NCBI GenBank assembly: GCA_036339465.1
Contig: JAYZAY010000064.1
Coordinates: 1-64,000 of the forward strand
Reading direction: 5' to 3'
Source of the DNA: Myxococcota bacterium
GTDB lineage: Bacteria; Myxococcota; XYA12-FULL-58-9; JABJBS01
DNA: 64,000 nt
Every line of letters begins with the position of its first letter. Position 1 is the first letter of the stretch. Shown in pieces: positions 8,826 through 18,533 of the stretch. The position numbers were made by a program, and so were the translations under genes. The notes under the pieces were generated by a model, which saw nothing but the letters and a program-made list of their open reading frames with translations, did no database searches and was not told the origin of the DNA.

Positions 8826-10214
8826 ATGATTTCAAAATACGTTAGCCAAAACCCAAAAGAAATCTTCGAGACCCTCCGAATGGTCGAATCGGAACATCTC
8901 GATATCCGAACCGTTACCTTAGGTATTTCCCTCTTAGATCTTGCCGGTAGAGACAATGACCTACCCAACCGAATCTACGACCGCGTCACCGAGCTCGCAC
9001 GTGATCTCGTTCCCACTGCTTCCCAAGTTCAAGAAGATTTGGGAATACCCATCATCAATAAAAGGGTCTCGGTCACACCCATAGCATTGATCTGTGGAGG
9101 TGATGCTGAACTCATGCACCGTTGCGGCCTAGCGCTAGATCAAGCAGCAAAGGATCTGGGCACTGACTATATCGCAGGTTTCTCAGCGCTTGTTCATAAA
9201 GGATTAAGCAAGGGAGATCAGAGTTATTTCCAAACCCTAACCAGGACTCTCTTGGAAACCGAACGGCTCTGCTGCTCGGTCAATCTCGCAAGCACGAGGG
9301 CCGGCATCAACATGGATGCCGTAAACCTCGTTGCCCAATGCATTCTAGACACAGCCCATGGTTGCGCCGACCAAGGTGGGATTGCCTGCGCGCGCTTTGT
9401 CGCCTTCGCCAATGCAGTGGAAGACAACCCCTTCATCGCTGGTGCTATGCACGGGATCGGCGAAGGACAAGCAGTATTAAACGTTGGGATCAGCGGCCCA
9501 GGTGTCGTCCATTCAGCGCTACATCGCCTTTGTAACAATCCTCCAAGCGATGGATTATCACTCTCAAGCATGGCCGATGTCATTAAAAGGATGTCATTTA
9601 AGGTCACGCGGGCCGGCGAACTCGTAGGTCGCGTCGTTGCCAAGAAAATCGGCGTAGAATTTGGAGTCGTCGATTTATCCCTTGCACCGACACCCGCCGA
9701 GGGCGACTCCGTGGCAGCGATTCTCGAAACCATGGGCTTAGAACGAATTGGTGCACATGGAACAACCGCCGCCCTACTGCTCCTCACCGATGCGGTGAAA
9801 CGGGGCGGGGCCATGGCTGCGTCATCAGTGGGGGGCCTCTCCGGCGCTTTTATACCCGTGAGCGAAGATGCAAACATGGTTGAAGCGGTTCGGGTGGGAG
9901 CCCTCACCATCGACAAGCTCGAAGCCATGACCAGCATCTGTTCGGTCGGCCTCGATATGGTCGCCATTCCCGGCGATACCCCAGTGGAAATTGTCGCTGG
10001 CATCATCGCAGACGAGCTCGCCATTGGGGTCATGAACAGTAAAACCACAGCCACTCGATTGCTTCCTGTTCCCAACAAAGGACCAGGGGAAATCGTACCC
10101 TATGGAGGCCTACTTGGGGATGCCATCGTCATGGAGGTAAATCGCTACTCACCCGCCAAATTCATAGGACTGGGTGGCCGTATTTCTGGTCCCATTCACG
10201 GATTGAGAAACTAG
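8826..10214 (+). CDS. PFL-like DUF711 / UPF0210 family protein
   Basis: LDIRTVTLGISL, INKRVSVTP, VGISGPGVV, DLSLAPTP, GGLSGAFIPVSED, CSVGLDM. Confidence 0.92.
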   Translation: MISKYVSQNPKEIFETLRMVESEHLDIRTVTLGISLLDLAGRDNDLPNRIYDRVTELARDLVPTASQVQEDLGIPIINKRVSVTPIALICGGDAELMHRCGLALDQAAKDLGTDYIAGFSALVHKGLSKGDQSYFQTLTRTLLETERLCCSVNLASTRAGINMDAVNLVAQCILDTAHGCADQGGIACARFVAFANAVEDNPFIAGAMHGIGEGQAVLNVGISGPGVVHSALHRLCNNPPSDGLSLSSMADVIKRMSFKVTRAGELVGRVVAKKIGVEFGVVDLSLAPTPAEGDSVAAILETMGLERIGAHGTTAALLLLTDAVKRGGAMAASSVGGLSGAFIPVSEDANMVEAVRVGALTIDKLEAMTSICSVGLDMVAIPGDTPVEIVAGIIADELAIGVMNSKTTATRLLPVPNKGPGEIVPYGGLLGDAIVMEVNRYSPAKFIGLGGRISGPIHGLRN

Positions 10215-10219
10215 GTTTC

Positions 10220-11035
10220 TCACGGCTCATCACCAGTAGCAATCCGATTCAAGCGATAAGCAGCTTCCTCATCTGAAAAGATAAACTCGACGCCTACTCC
10301 CCTTTTATGGTGTTTGACCCCCCGCCAACATACCACCACCTGGAGGGTCAGAAGCTCCGCACCATCGTGTTCTTCAATCTCTAATCGAAGCTGCTCACCA
10401 ATTCGATAACTGTCGGTCGTAATTAGAAACAAACCGCCACTTGCGATATCAGTGGGCACGGCCACTCCCTTGCCCAAAATCCTGTCAACACTGTGCAAAC
10501 GAACCTGCAAAGTGCGGTGATCTCGGACATACCTCCGACAATCGAGACCAACTATCGTAAACAAAGCGCGCCCCAATTGCTGCTCATAGTCACGCCACAG
10601 CAGCACCACGCGTTCAACAAAATGACCAAAAAGCTCACACTCGACCCCCTGTTTCCAGGCCAAACCAAAGCCCGGAATTCTGCCCAGACCCCCCTCAGAA
10701 ACCCTTGAATCCACTGAATTCTCGGCGCTAGGAAGTACTTCTTTTTCCCCGTCGCTTGCCAAAATAACATGGGCAACACGTCCCGAGAGCGTAAGAGGTC
10801 CCCAACCAAATGGAAGCAACATTTCCACTGAATATTCGTCGCCAATCTTCCCAACACACCGGCTCACCACAAAGCATCCTCCCTGGCTAATCGTGAGGGT
10901 TTCGGCTTCAAATGGTTCAAAATCGCCCCCCTTAACCACCACCGGAATCACCAGCGGATAACGGAGAGAATCACGTCCATTGGACCAAGCAGGGCTTACC
11001 ATGCTAGTATTAAATCCATGACCGGGCTTGAACAC
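10220..11035 (-). CDS. Tandem PilZ-domain protein
   Basis: RDSLR...TISQGG and RRYVR...DIASGGLF...GVGVEF. Confidence 0.75.
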   Translation of the reverse strand: MFKPGHGFNTSMVSPAWSNGRDSLRYPLVIPVVVKGGDFEPFEAETLTISQGGCFVVSRCVGKIGDEYSVEMLLPFGWGPLTLSGRVAHVILASDGEKEVLPSAENSVDSRVSEGGLGRIPGFGLAWKQGVECELFGHFVERVVLLWRDYEQQLGRALFTIVGLDCRRYVRDHRTLQVRLHSVDRILGKGVAVPTDIASGGLFLITTDSYRIGEQLRLEIEEHDGAELLTLQVVVCWRGVKHHKRGVGVEFIFSDEEAAYRLNRIATGDEP

Positions 11036-11106
11036 AAGTGTCTAAATTTTAAACTGGTTGTCGTTAAATTTGCCCAAAGCCCCAGTTCCAGATAATTTGA
11101 GGCCCC

Positions 11107-12333
11107 ATGGAAGAAATGAGAGATAGAATCGTCGCGCTTGCAAAGCGCTACCGCAGTAAATGCTCTGATTTGGTGAGGGAGATGATTGCAACCCCCTCCG
11201 AAAGTCAAAATGAAGAAGCTATCGCGGCAATCGTTCGCCGTGAGATGCTCAAACTCAATTACGATAGCGTCGATGTGGATCGCTTCGGAAACGTCATCGG
11301 TCGCATCGGTGATGGCCCTACCAAGATACTCTTTGATGGCCATCTCGACACCCCCGGTATCGGAGACCGCTCTTCGTGGCGCTTTGACCCCTATAATGGT
11401 GATATGAAAGCCGGTAAGATCTACGGCCATGGCGCAGCCAACAACAAAGGTGGCTTGGCCGCAGTCATCTATGGCGCAGCAATCATCAAAGAATTAGACC
11501 TCGCCAACGATTGCACCGTCTATGTAGCAGCCACAGTACAAGCCCATGACTGTGAGGGCCTCGCCTATAAGGCCATTTTGGACGTCGAGAAACTCTACCC
11601 CCATTTTGTGGTGGTCACCATGCCCACGGGCATGAGGATCTGCCGTGGACACCGAGGCCGGGCAGAAATCAAAGTGACCCTGCGCGGTGAACCGGTTCAC
11701 TCGTCGGCTCCCGGTGAGAGCTTCAACGCAGTCTATGGCATCGCCGATATCATCAAAAATATCCAAGCGCTTAACGAGAAACTGCCAAAAGATGACTTTC
11801 TAGGATCCGCCACGGTAGCCGTAACCCATGTAGAAGCTGATTTTAACGGACCAAACATGCTCCCAGAATCCTGCCATCTACTGATAGATAGACGACTCGC
11901 CTTCGACGAAGACCAAAAGTTGGTTCTGAACGAAATCCGAGACGCATGTAAAGACACCAAAGCAAAAGTTGAAATCGTTGAATTTGATGCCGCTAGCTAT
12001 CGTGGTCTCAGACTGCCCATTGAAAAATTCTTTCCATGCTGGAGCATCGACGAAGAACATCCATTGGTTGAATCGGTCCGAGGCGCATTCAGGAGCATCC
12101 TGAAAAAACCAGCCACCCTTGACTGCTGGAAAATGTCAACGCCTGGCGCCTATACCATGGGTATTTCTGGCATCCCAACCATCGGCTTCGGTCCTTCAGA
12201 AGAGATCTATTCAGGGCCGATCAATGACCACGTACGCATTGATGATCTCGAAAAATGTATGGCTGTTTATGCATCAATCCCCGACAATTTACCGGAAACC
12301 GACCCCATTAAGATTCCAAGGCGGCGGCGCTAA
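11107..12333 (+). CDS. M20 family (YgeY-like) metallo-hydrolase homologue, several metal ligands substituted
   Basis: VDRFGNVIG, FDGHLDT, RGHRGRAEI, GIPTIGFGP. Confidence 0.85.
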   Translation: MEEMRDRIVALAKRYRSKCSDLVREMIATPSESQNEEAIAAIVRREMLKLNYDSVDVDRFGNVIGRIGDGPTKILFDGHLDTPGIGDRSSWRFDPYNGDMKAGKIYGHGAANNKGGLAAVIYGAAIIKELDLANDCTVYVAATVQAHDCEGLAYKAILDVEKLYPHFVVVTMPTGMRICRGHRGRAEIKVTLRGEPVHSSAPGESFNAVYGIADIIKNIQALNEKLPKDDFLGSATVAVTHVEADFNGPNMLPESCHLLIDRRLAFDEDQKLVLNEIRDACKDTKAKVEIVEFDAASYRGLRLPIEKFFPCWSIDEEHPLVESVRGAFRSILKKPATLDCWKMSTPGAYTMGISGIPTIGFGPSEEIYSGPINDHVRIDDLEKCMAVYASIPDNLPETDPIKIPRRRR

Positions 12334-13414
12334 AACCCCGCTCCCCAACTGCTTTAGTATCTGCCCCTTCCAACACCATCTCTTTGGGCGCGTAATCGCT
12401 TTTTCGAAACCACCAAAAAACGCCACCGAGCAAAGTGACCGCCTCCGCTGCCCAAAACCCCAACGCAGCCGATAAAATAGATTGCTCCAATCCAATTTTC
12501 TTCGCGAGAAGCAAGGCCTGAACGAGTTCACGCACGCCCTCCCCCGCAATGGTAAAAGGACTCACCACCGTAGCAAAAATCTGAATCGACGATGCAAATG
12601 TGATTTCCCAAAAAGCGGCATCACTTGCACCAACAGCCAAAGCCGTAAAAAAATACATGGCAGCGGTTAAGAAATGAACACCAAAGGACAAAACAAAACA
12701 TCCGAGTAAAATGGTTGTCCGCTGATCATAAGCCCGAAATGCGCAAACGAGCTTCCTTAAAATAGCTTCGGCCTTCGCAAATTGGCGAGGAACCAAACCA
12801 CCAATTTTTTCCAACCAACCCGGCTTCCACAATAGAACAAACGACAAAAGGACAACGCCCGAGGCTAAAGGCACCGCAATTTTCGTGACCAAATCCAGAT
12901 TTTGCCCAAGAATGTGCGCCCCAAAGGGAAAAGCCACCAAGAAAGTTAAAAAGAGCCCCGTCAACCCCATACATTTTTCAATGACGGTCGCCGCTCCTAC
13001 CTCAAGGGTGCGCTTACTAAAACGCGAAGCATCGTAAAACTTATAGCCATCGAGCCCCACCGTCGAAGGTAAAAACGTTCCTAAAAAGCGGCCAATCAGA
13101 AAAGAAGAGAAAATATGGCCAAAATTAAACCGGACCCCTTGGCCAATAAGTAAGAAATACCAGCGAAACATAGAGCACAAAATCCCCAGGCATTTGATGA
13201 ACGTCGCCAAAACCAAACAGGGAACCAAAACCCCTAAATCGATTCGACTAAAGAGCCGAGCCATCGCCTCCAACACCGCAATCTTCTCACCATCCTGTCC
13301 CTGAATCTGGTGACTCAAGAGAAAATAGAAGACCAAGAAAGTTAGGCCAAACTTGAGAAACAACCGAATTTTTCTCGGCTTTCCGCCCCCAGACGGGTCA
13401 ATTTTCAACTGCAT
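12308..13414 (-). CDS. Lysylphosphatidylglycerol-synthase-TM / UPF0104 flippase-like membrane protein
   Basis: Multi-TM; RWYFLL, FLPSTVGLDGYK, PFTIAGEGVRE. Confidence 0.8.
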   Translation of the reverse strand: MQLKIDPSGGGKPRKIRLFLKFGLTFLVFYFLLSHQIQGQDGEKIAVLEAMARLFSRIDLGVLVPCLVLATFIKCLGILCSMFRWYFLLIGQGVRFNFGHIFSSFLIGRFLGTFLPSTVGLDGYKFYDASRFSKRTLEVGAATVIEKCMGLTGLFLTFLVAFPFGAHILGQNLDLVTKIAVPLASGVVLLSFVLLWKPGWLEKIGGLVPRQFAKAEAILRKLVCAFRAYDQRTTILLGCFVLSFGVHFLTAAMYFFTALAVGASDAAFWEITFASSIQIFATVVSPFTIAGEGVRELVQALLLAKKIGLEQSILSAALGFWAAEAVTLLGGVFWWFRKSDYAPKEMVLEGADTKAVGERGFSAAALES

Positions 13415-13504
13415 ACAAAAGCTCTATCCTATTTTTTTACTCCATACCACTTCTCAGCCAAGCCTCATGCTTGACTCAAGCATTACATTCAGTAGAAAGG
13501 CCTT

Positions 13505-14305
13505 ATGTCTGAAAATTTTTATCTACAAAGACCCATTGTTTCCTTCGACCTCGAAACCACCGGCCTAAGCGTGGAAAACGACCGAATCGTGGAAATATCC
13601 TGCGTTAAATTGTCTGCAAACGGCCGAGAGGTGTTAACCCGCCGGGTCAATCCCGAGAGACCCATCCCTCCCGAAGCAGCGGCCATCCATGGCATCACAG
13701 ATGCCGATGTCCAGGATGCTCCCCCTTTCCGGGAGGTCGCCGATGAAGTGTTCAATTTTATGCGGGAAGCAGACCTAACGGGTTTCAATATCGCCCGTTT
13801 CGACATGCCGCTCCTAAAAAATGAATTCGCGCGATTGGATGTCACTTTTCCCGAACCAAACACCGCGATTGTGGACTCCCATACAATTTTTACGCGTCGG
13901 GAGCCGAGAAACTTGACTGCGGCCTATCGCTTTTATTGCGACAAAACCTTGGACAATGCCCATAGCGCAGAGCCCGATGCTATCGCCGCCGCCGACGTAC
14001 TGATGGCCCAATTGGAAAAATATGAAGATCTGCCTCGAAATGCCGCCGAACTTCAACAATCCCTCATTCCCCAAGACCGACTAGACCCGGCGGGCAAGAT
14101 TGTGTGGCGAAACGGCCTCGCCGTCCTCAATTTCGGAAAAAATCGGTATCGCAGCCTCAAAGAATTGAGTGAGAAATCTCCTGGATACCTTGAATGGATG
14201 GCCCGTACCGGAGATTTTAGCCCCGAAGTTCAGGCCCTGGTCGAAAATGCTCTCAAAGGAGACTTCCCAAAAGCTACGACCGCAATCGCAGCTTCCCCTT
14301 CATAG
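13505..14305 (+). CDS. DEDDh 3'-5' exonuclease (DnaQ/epsilon-like)
   Basis: FDLETTG, GFNIARFD, HSAEPD; C-terminal NFGK...PGYLEWM. Confidence 0.9.
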   Translation: MSENFYLQRPIVSFDLETTGLSVENDRIVEISCVKLSANGREVLTRRVNPERPIPPEAAAIHGITDADVQDAPPFREVADEVFNFMREADLTGFNIARFDMPLLKNEFARLDVTFPEPNTAIVDSHTIFTRREPRNLTAAYRFYCDKTLDNAHSAEPDAIAAADVLMAQLEKYEDLPRNAAELQQSLIPQDRLDPAGKIVWRNGLAVLNFGKNRYRSLKELSEKSPGYLEWMARTGDFSPEVQALVENALKGDFPKATTAIAASPS

Positions 14306-14747
14306 CTCTTTCCATTTCCCGATTGGCATCCTTCTTTTTCAGATCTTGGCGACGGTCAACCTGGGTCTGTCCCTTGGCAAGGGCTATTTCTACCTTCAAT
14401 CGACTTCCCTTAAAATAGAGAGCAATAGGCACAATGGTGTAACCCTTGTCACGGCTCCGAATAAGCAACTTATCGATTTCCCTACGATGCAGCAAAAGCT
14501 TACGGGTGCGCGTAGTCTCGTGATTAAATTGGTTCCCTTTGGAGTACGACCCGATAAAACCGTTGATTAAGAAAGCTTCTTGATTCACGATCTGAACGTA
14601 AGCTTCTTTCAAATGGGCATTGCCCTCTCGACAAGCCTTCACTTCGGTACCCGATAGTACAATCCCCGCTTCAAAACAGTCACCTATTTTATAGTCATGG
14701 AAGGCTTTCTTATTGCGATAGACTTGATTCGGTTGTGATTTCGCCAT
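14274..14747 (-). CDS. smpB: SsrA-binding protein
   Basis: NKKAFHDY, EAGIVLSGTEVK, RTRKLLLHRREI. Confidence 0.97.
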   Translation of the reverse strand: MAKSQPNQVYRNKKAFHDYKIGDCFEAGIVLSGTEVKACREGNAHLKEAYVQIVNQEAFLINGFIGSYSKGNQFNHETTRTRKLLLHRREIDKLLIRSRDKGYTIVPIALYFKGSRLKVEIALAKGQTQVDRRQDLKKKDANREMERAMKGKLRLRS

Positions 14748-14892
14748 TCATCGTTACTCAGTTGAACTTTAACGCCTACTAGCATACCTAATCATTAAGG
14801 GAAGTAAATCCTGGGTGAATTTGCTGCCCCGAGCGATGAGCGCTCCCCAGAAAATCGGCAAGGCCCAGCCACAGCCCGTGAGGATAAAATCA

Positions 14893-15342
14893 ATGACCAC
14901 TCTTGTACAACGCGTACTCATTCCCATCGACTTTTCCAACGCGGCTCGCTCAGCTTTCAATTACGGAGTCAACCTCGCCACCAAATTTGGAGCCGACACC
15001 TTTATCCTCCATGTGTCGGAACCTATCCGCTCCTTTGACCTTAATAAGAAAAAATACATTGAAACCCAAGATGCTATCGAGCGCGTCGAAGAAGGTGTGC
15101 AGCGTCGCATTGACGAACTTTGGAACGAAGGTGGAATAGATGCTGTGGACCGACGAAAAATACATCTGATTGTCCGAGGGGGGCGGGCTGCCCACGAGAT
15201 ATTAGAAACTGCAGAAGCACGCAATGTTGACCTCATCGTGATGGGCACAAGCGAAGCAAATGAGTTCGGCGGAGTCGGCGGAACCGCCGAAAGAGTCATA
15301 CGAGCCGCAAAATGCTCCGTGCTCTGTGTCAAGAATTCATAA
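14893..15342 (+). CDS. Universal stress protein
   Basis: RVLIPIDFS, VDLIVMG, GGTAERVIRAAKCSVL; ATG 14893 after AGGA. Confidence 0.9.
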   Translation: MTTLVQRVLIPIDFSNAARSAFNYGVNLATKFGADTFILHVSEPIRSFDLNKKKYIETQDAIERVEEGVQRRIDELWNEGGIDAVDRRKIHLIVRGGRAAHEILETAEARNVDLIVMGTSEANEFGGVGGTAERVIRAAKCSVLCVKNS

Positions 15343-15350
15343 AAACATCT

Positions 15351-18314
15351 TTAGAGCTGACTTCCCACCCCGAGATAAAAATCTGGCTTAATACCTTCGA
15401 CATATTCCGTATTAAATCGACCATTTTCATAAAATGGCCATGCGATAGCCCCCCGAACAGTCAGAGGAATCGCCCATCCCAACGAGAGATCGGCTCGTAA
15501 TTCAGCCCCCAACCCCACCCGCGGATCAAACCACTTACCGCCAATCTCTTCAAAGGTATTTCCCGCATCCACAAATATTGCGCCATGAAACCTCTCCAGA
15601 TAGACAGGAAGCGTCCAGAGGCCTCGCTCCACATGGAGCAAGGGAAATCGATACTCAAAATAAGTAGCCCAAAGTCCTGGTCCGATGGTCGCCTTAACTG
15701 AACTCCTGGAAAATCCACGGAGAGGGTAGAAATTTCCCGTTTGGGCCGACAAAAATGAAGTCGCTTGTTGCCCACCGAGATAAAATTTTTCTTTCTCATC
15801 TGGGCCCAAACTTACAGAGAGCACCCCGCGAATCGCCACCACATGGTTCACAAACCATGGGCTATTCCAGTAATATCGAGCATCCGATGTAAAGAGAACC
15901 TGATTCAATTCAGCCCCCAACCAAGGAGAATAGAACCGAAACGCAGCACTTAGAGCACGGCCATACTCAGCACTTACTGAATGAGGAAACCTTAGGGCCA
16001 GCCGGTAACTATAACCGGCCTCCAACCACCCAAAATCTCCTAGCGCCAACAACTTCGCCGCAGATGCATTGTTTTCGCTGGTCCTACGTTCAAAACGATA
16101 CTGCATCGAAAAGTAGTGACGTAAGCGAACAGGCCAACTGATGCCCCCCGAAAGATTGGTACGGTGCTCAACCAGATTGCCTGCATCGAGTGGGTAAGCA
16201 GTCCAGCTATCCCCCACCGCCAGTGAGAAAGTGGGGTAAAACACATTATTTGCATAGGATGCATTCCAGCTTATTGAAGACGTTTGAAGACTACTTGAAA
16301 CCGCAAGAGCATAGGAGTGCTCCCCCAAAACATCTCGACCAAACGTCATGAGCTTTAAAGTGATATCTTCATTCAAAGTGTAAATAGAGGGTAGCAGAAC
16401 CCAATTATCATTGAATGGTAGCAATGACTCATAGAGATCGTACTCTTCAATGGATTCATCCTCCCCAAGAACAATATCAAGCTCGTCTTTTCGAGGCTTT
16501 GAAACAACTTTGTCGTCCCGCACAAAATCCTCATCCAACTGATATTCAAGACCGAATTCAGAGCCAACATCTTTCCATTGTGCGGGCTCGAAAGGTATCT
16601 CGTGGATATCAAAACCTATAGCAGATGCATTCCGAAACAGTAGCGTCCCCCCTTGGGGATGCACATGGGGCTGAAATCCCCCTCCGACCAAATTCGTAAT
16701 CTGGAAATAACGCCCCGTATCTAGAGCATAACCGTAAATATTGAAGATCCCGGTTCTATCGGACTCGAAAAGGACATACCGCCCATCTGGACTCCAAACC
16801 GGATTGGCATCCACAGCTCGATCACCGGTGATGCGACGAATGATAACCCCCGTCTGGGAATCCAACAACCAAATATCTCGGTATCCCCCCGGTACCCAGA
16901 CTGATACCGCTATCTTTGTTCCGTCCGGTGAGAATTGAGGTGAAGCGAACTGCATGTCCCCATGGGGAGGAACCAATTGCGACACTTTTATTCGAGAATC
17001 CCAACCATCATCAAACCTACCGATACTCAGCCACGTTTGATGTAAACTCCCCTGTACAAAGACTATTTTCGTTCCATCGGGAGACAAAGACGGGTCTCGA
17101 GCACGCAGAGACAAAGACGGACCTCCCTTCTCTCCAACCCTGTCAATACGACCTGTGGGAACGTGGAAACGATAAAGATCGCTATAGTTGTTAAAGCGAT
17201 TATTGATCGCATTCTGAGAATAGAAAAAATATTCGGAATCCGAAGAGAATGAAAATCGTGGGCTAAAGGTTTGAAGCACAAGAAAGCGATCAGCACTCCC
17301 ATCCAAGTTAACCCTTCTCACCGTCGAACCATCCTTCGGGCTCGTACGAGAATAGATAATATAGTCACCTGTGGGGCTGTAACGTGCTCCTGTGATATTT
17401 CGTCCATGCTTCGTAATGGCGCGCGAAGATGTCATTCCTTCTTTTATGACCCTATCTCGCTCTCGAATTGCGTCCGCTAAGACCTCAAGCCGCCAGTCTG
17501 TCCACAAAGCCACTAACCCTTTGCCAAAAATGTATTTCGAGATGGGATAATAAAAATAGGGGATGGGCATCGCCGCATTTCCCCGATGCAAAGCCGCAAC
17601 GGCACCGCGTCCGAATTTTTCCGCCAACCAAAGGTGAAATGTCCCCCCATAAAAATAGGCAGCATTGGGTCCTGGCCAGTCAGAGAATTGAATGTGGGCC
17701 TGATCAATTTCGAGGAATCGGTCTTCCAGAGCCGCCACCCTTAAAACCATTTTCACGTACGATGAGCGACCACGCCCCGTGCCCGAAAGCATCGTCTCGG
17801 CATAAACCGCCAGCCCCTCACTAAGAAACTGTGGGGTGTATGTATTCATGGAAACATATTTCCCAAAGACATAACGGAGCCAGCGGGTAAACCCATAGCT
17901 CTGGTCCAAATCACAAATATGGGCCAATTCGTGCGTTACCAAAATTCTTAACCAATCTTCATAATCGGAAAGCCCAGTGGTTTCGACAGGTGCTGCCAAA
18001 TAGAGTCGGATCGTATTGCGGGGCATCACCTGGGCCGACCCATTGGCTCCATCATAAGAATCGCTTAAGACAATATCGACCACACCCTCGGGCTTAAAAA
18101 CGAGGAGCTCGGTCAAACGAGTAAGCGCACCCTCGGCGATTCGGCCAATTCTGACCGCCATGTTTCGATACGCCGACTCTGGATAATGGACATTGAAATT
18201 CTTGGTTTTGACAGTCCGCCAATCCAAGCCCGGCTCATAAACCGACGCTCCCTGTACCCACGGACAGACAAAGAGAAACGTAATAAAAACAACTATCCTA
18301 CCAGAATAAACCAA
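15351..18314 (-). CDS. Outer-membrane protein: gluzincin-like peptidase domain, PD40/TolB-like beta-propeller, Omp85/BamA-like barrel
   Basis: Signal peptide; THELAH...SEGLA; repeated FSPDG/WSPDG; YPLRGF, EYRFPL, GLGAELR, C-terminal FYLGVG. Confidence 0.8.
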   Translation of the reverse strand: MVYSGRIVVFITFLFVCPWVQGASVYEPGLDWRTVKTKNFNVHYPESAYRNMAVRIGRIAEGALTRLTELLVFKPEGVVDIVLSDSYDGANGSAQVMPRNTIRLYLAAPVETTGLSDYEDWLRILVTHELAHICDLDQSYGFTRWLRYVFGKYVSMNTYTPQFLSEGLAVYAETMLSGTGRGRSSYVKMVLRVAALEDRFLEIDQAHIQFSDWPGPNAAYFYGGTFHLWLAEKFGRGAVAALHRGNAAMPIPYFYYPISKYIFGKGLVALWTDWRLEVLADAIRERDRVIKEGMTSSRAITKHGRNITGARYSPTGDYIIYSRTSPKDGSTVRRVNLDGSADRFLVLQTFSPRFSFSSDSEYFFYSQNAINNRFNNYSDLYRFHVPTGRIDRVGEKGGPSLSLRARDPSLSPDGTKIVFVQGSLHQTWLSIGRFDDGWDSRIKVSQLVPPHGDMQFASPQFSPDGTKIAVSVWVPGGYRDIWLLDSQTGVIIRRITGDRAVDANPVWSPDGRYVLFESDRTGIFNIYGYALDTGRYFQITNLVGGGFQPHVHPQGGTLLFRNASAIGFDIHEIPFEPAQWKDVGSEFGLEYQLDEDFVRDDKVVSKPRKDELDIVLGEDESIEEYDLYESLLPFNDNWVLLPSIYTLNEDITLKLMTFGRDVLGEHSYALAVSSSLQTSSISWNASYANNVFYPTFSLAVGDSWTAYPLDAGNLVEHRTNLSGGISWPVRLRHYFSMQYRFERRTSENNASAAKLLALGDFGWLEAGYSYRLALRFPHSVSAEYGRALSAAFRFYSPWLGAELNQVLFTSDARYYWNSPWFVNHVVAIRGVLSVSLGPDEKEKFYLGGQQATSFLSAQTGNFYPLRGFSRSSVKATIGPGLWATYFEYRFPLLHVERGLWTLPVYLERFHGAIFVDAGNTFEEIGGKWFDPRVGLGAELRADLSLGWAIPLTVRGAIAWPFYENGRFNTEYVEGIKPDFYLGVGSQL

Positions 18315-18462
18315 GGACGTAGTCTCCCACGAACAATCATCCTAAATCAGCACGGTGACGTTCACGCCTTCTTATACAGTTCTGCCAAGCTTTCCAAAGA
18401 AACCCAATGTTATTCATCTCAACAGCAGATAACCTTATGGGTCATCAAAAATCATCAGATTG

Positions 18463-18491
18463 TTGACTGTTAAACCCATGAAGTCAATGAT
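18463..18491 (+). promoter_or_regulatory. Inverted repeat TTGACT-N13-AGTCAA overlapping a sigma70-like promoter between divergent genes
   Basis: TTGACT 18463-18468, AGTCAA 18482-18487; AATGAT lies 17 bp after the first hexamer. Confidence 0.4.
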
Positions 18492-18533
18492 GTAAGACGT
18501 TGTCGGTCTAGGCAATAGGGGAAGGGGAACAAC

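Noticed and set aside
9224..10078. 284-aa minus-strand ORF
   Set aside because: Antisense shadow of the DUF711 gene with no motifs
13469..13481. Palindrome GCTTGACTCAAGC between divergent genes
   Set aside because: Short, single occurrence, could arise by chance
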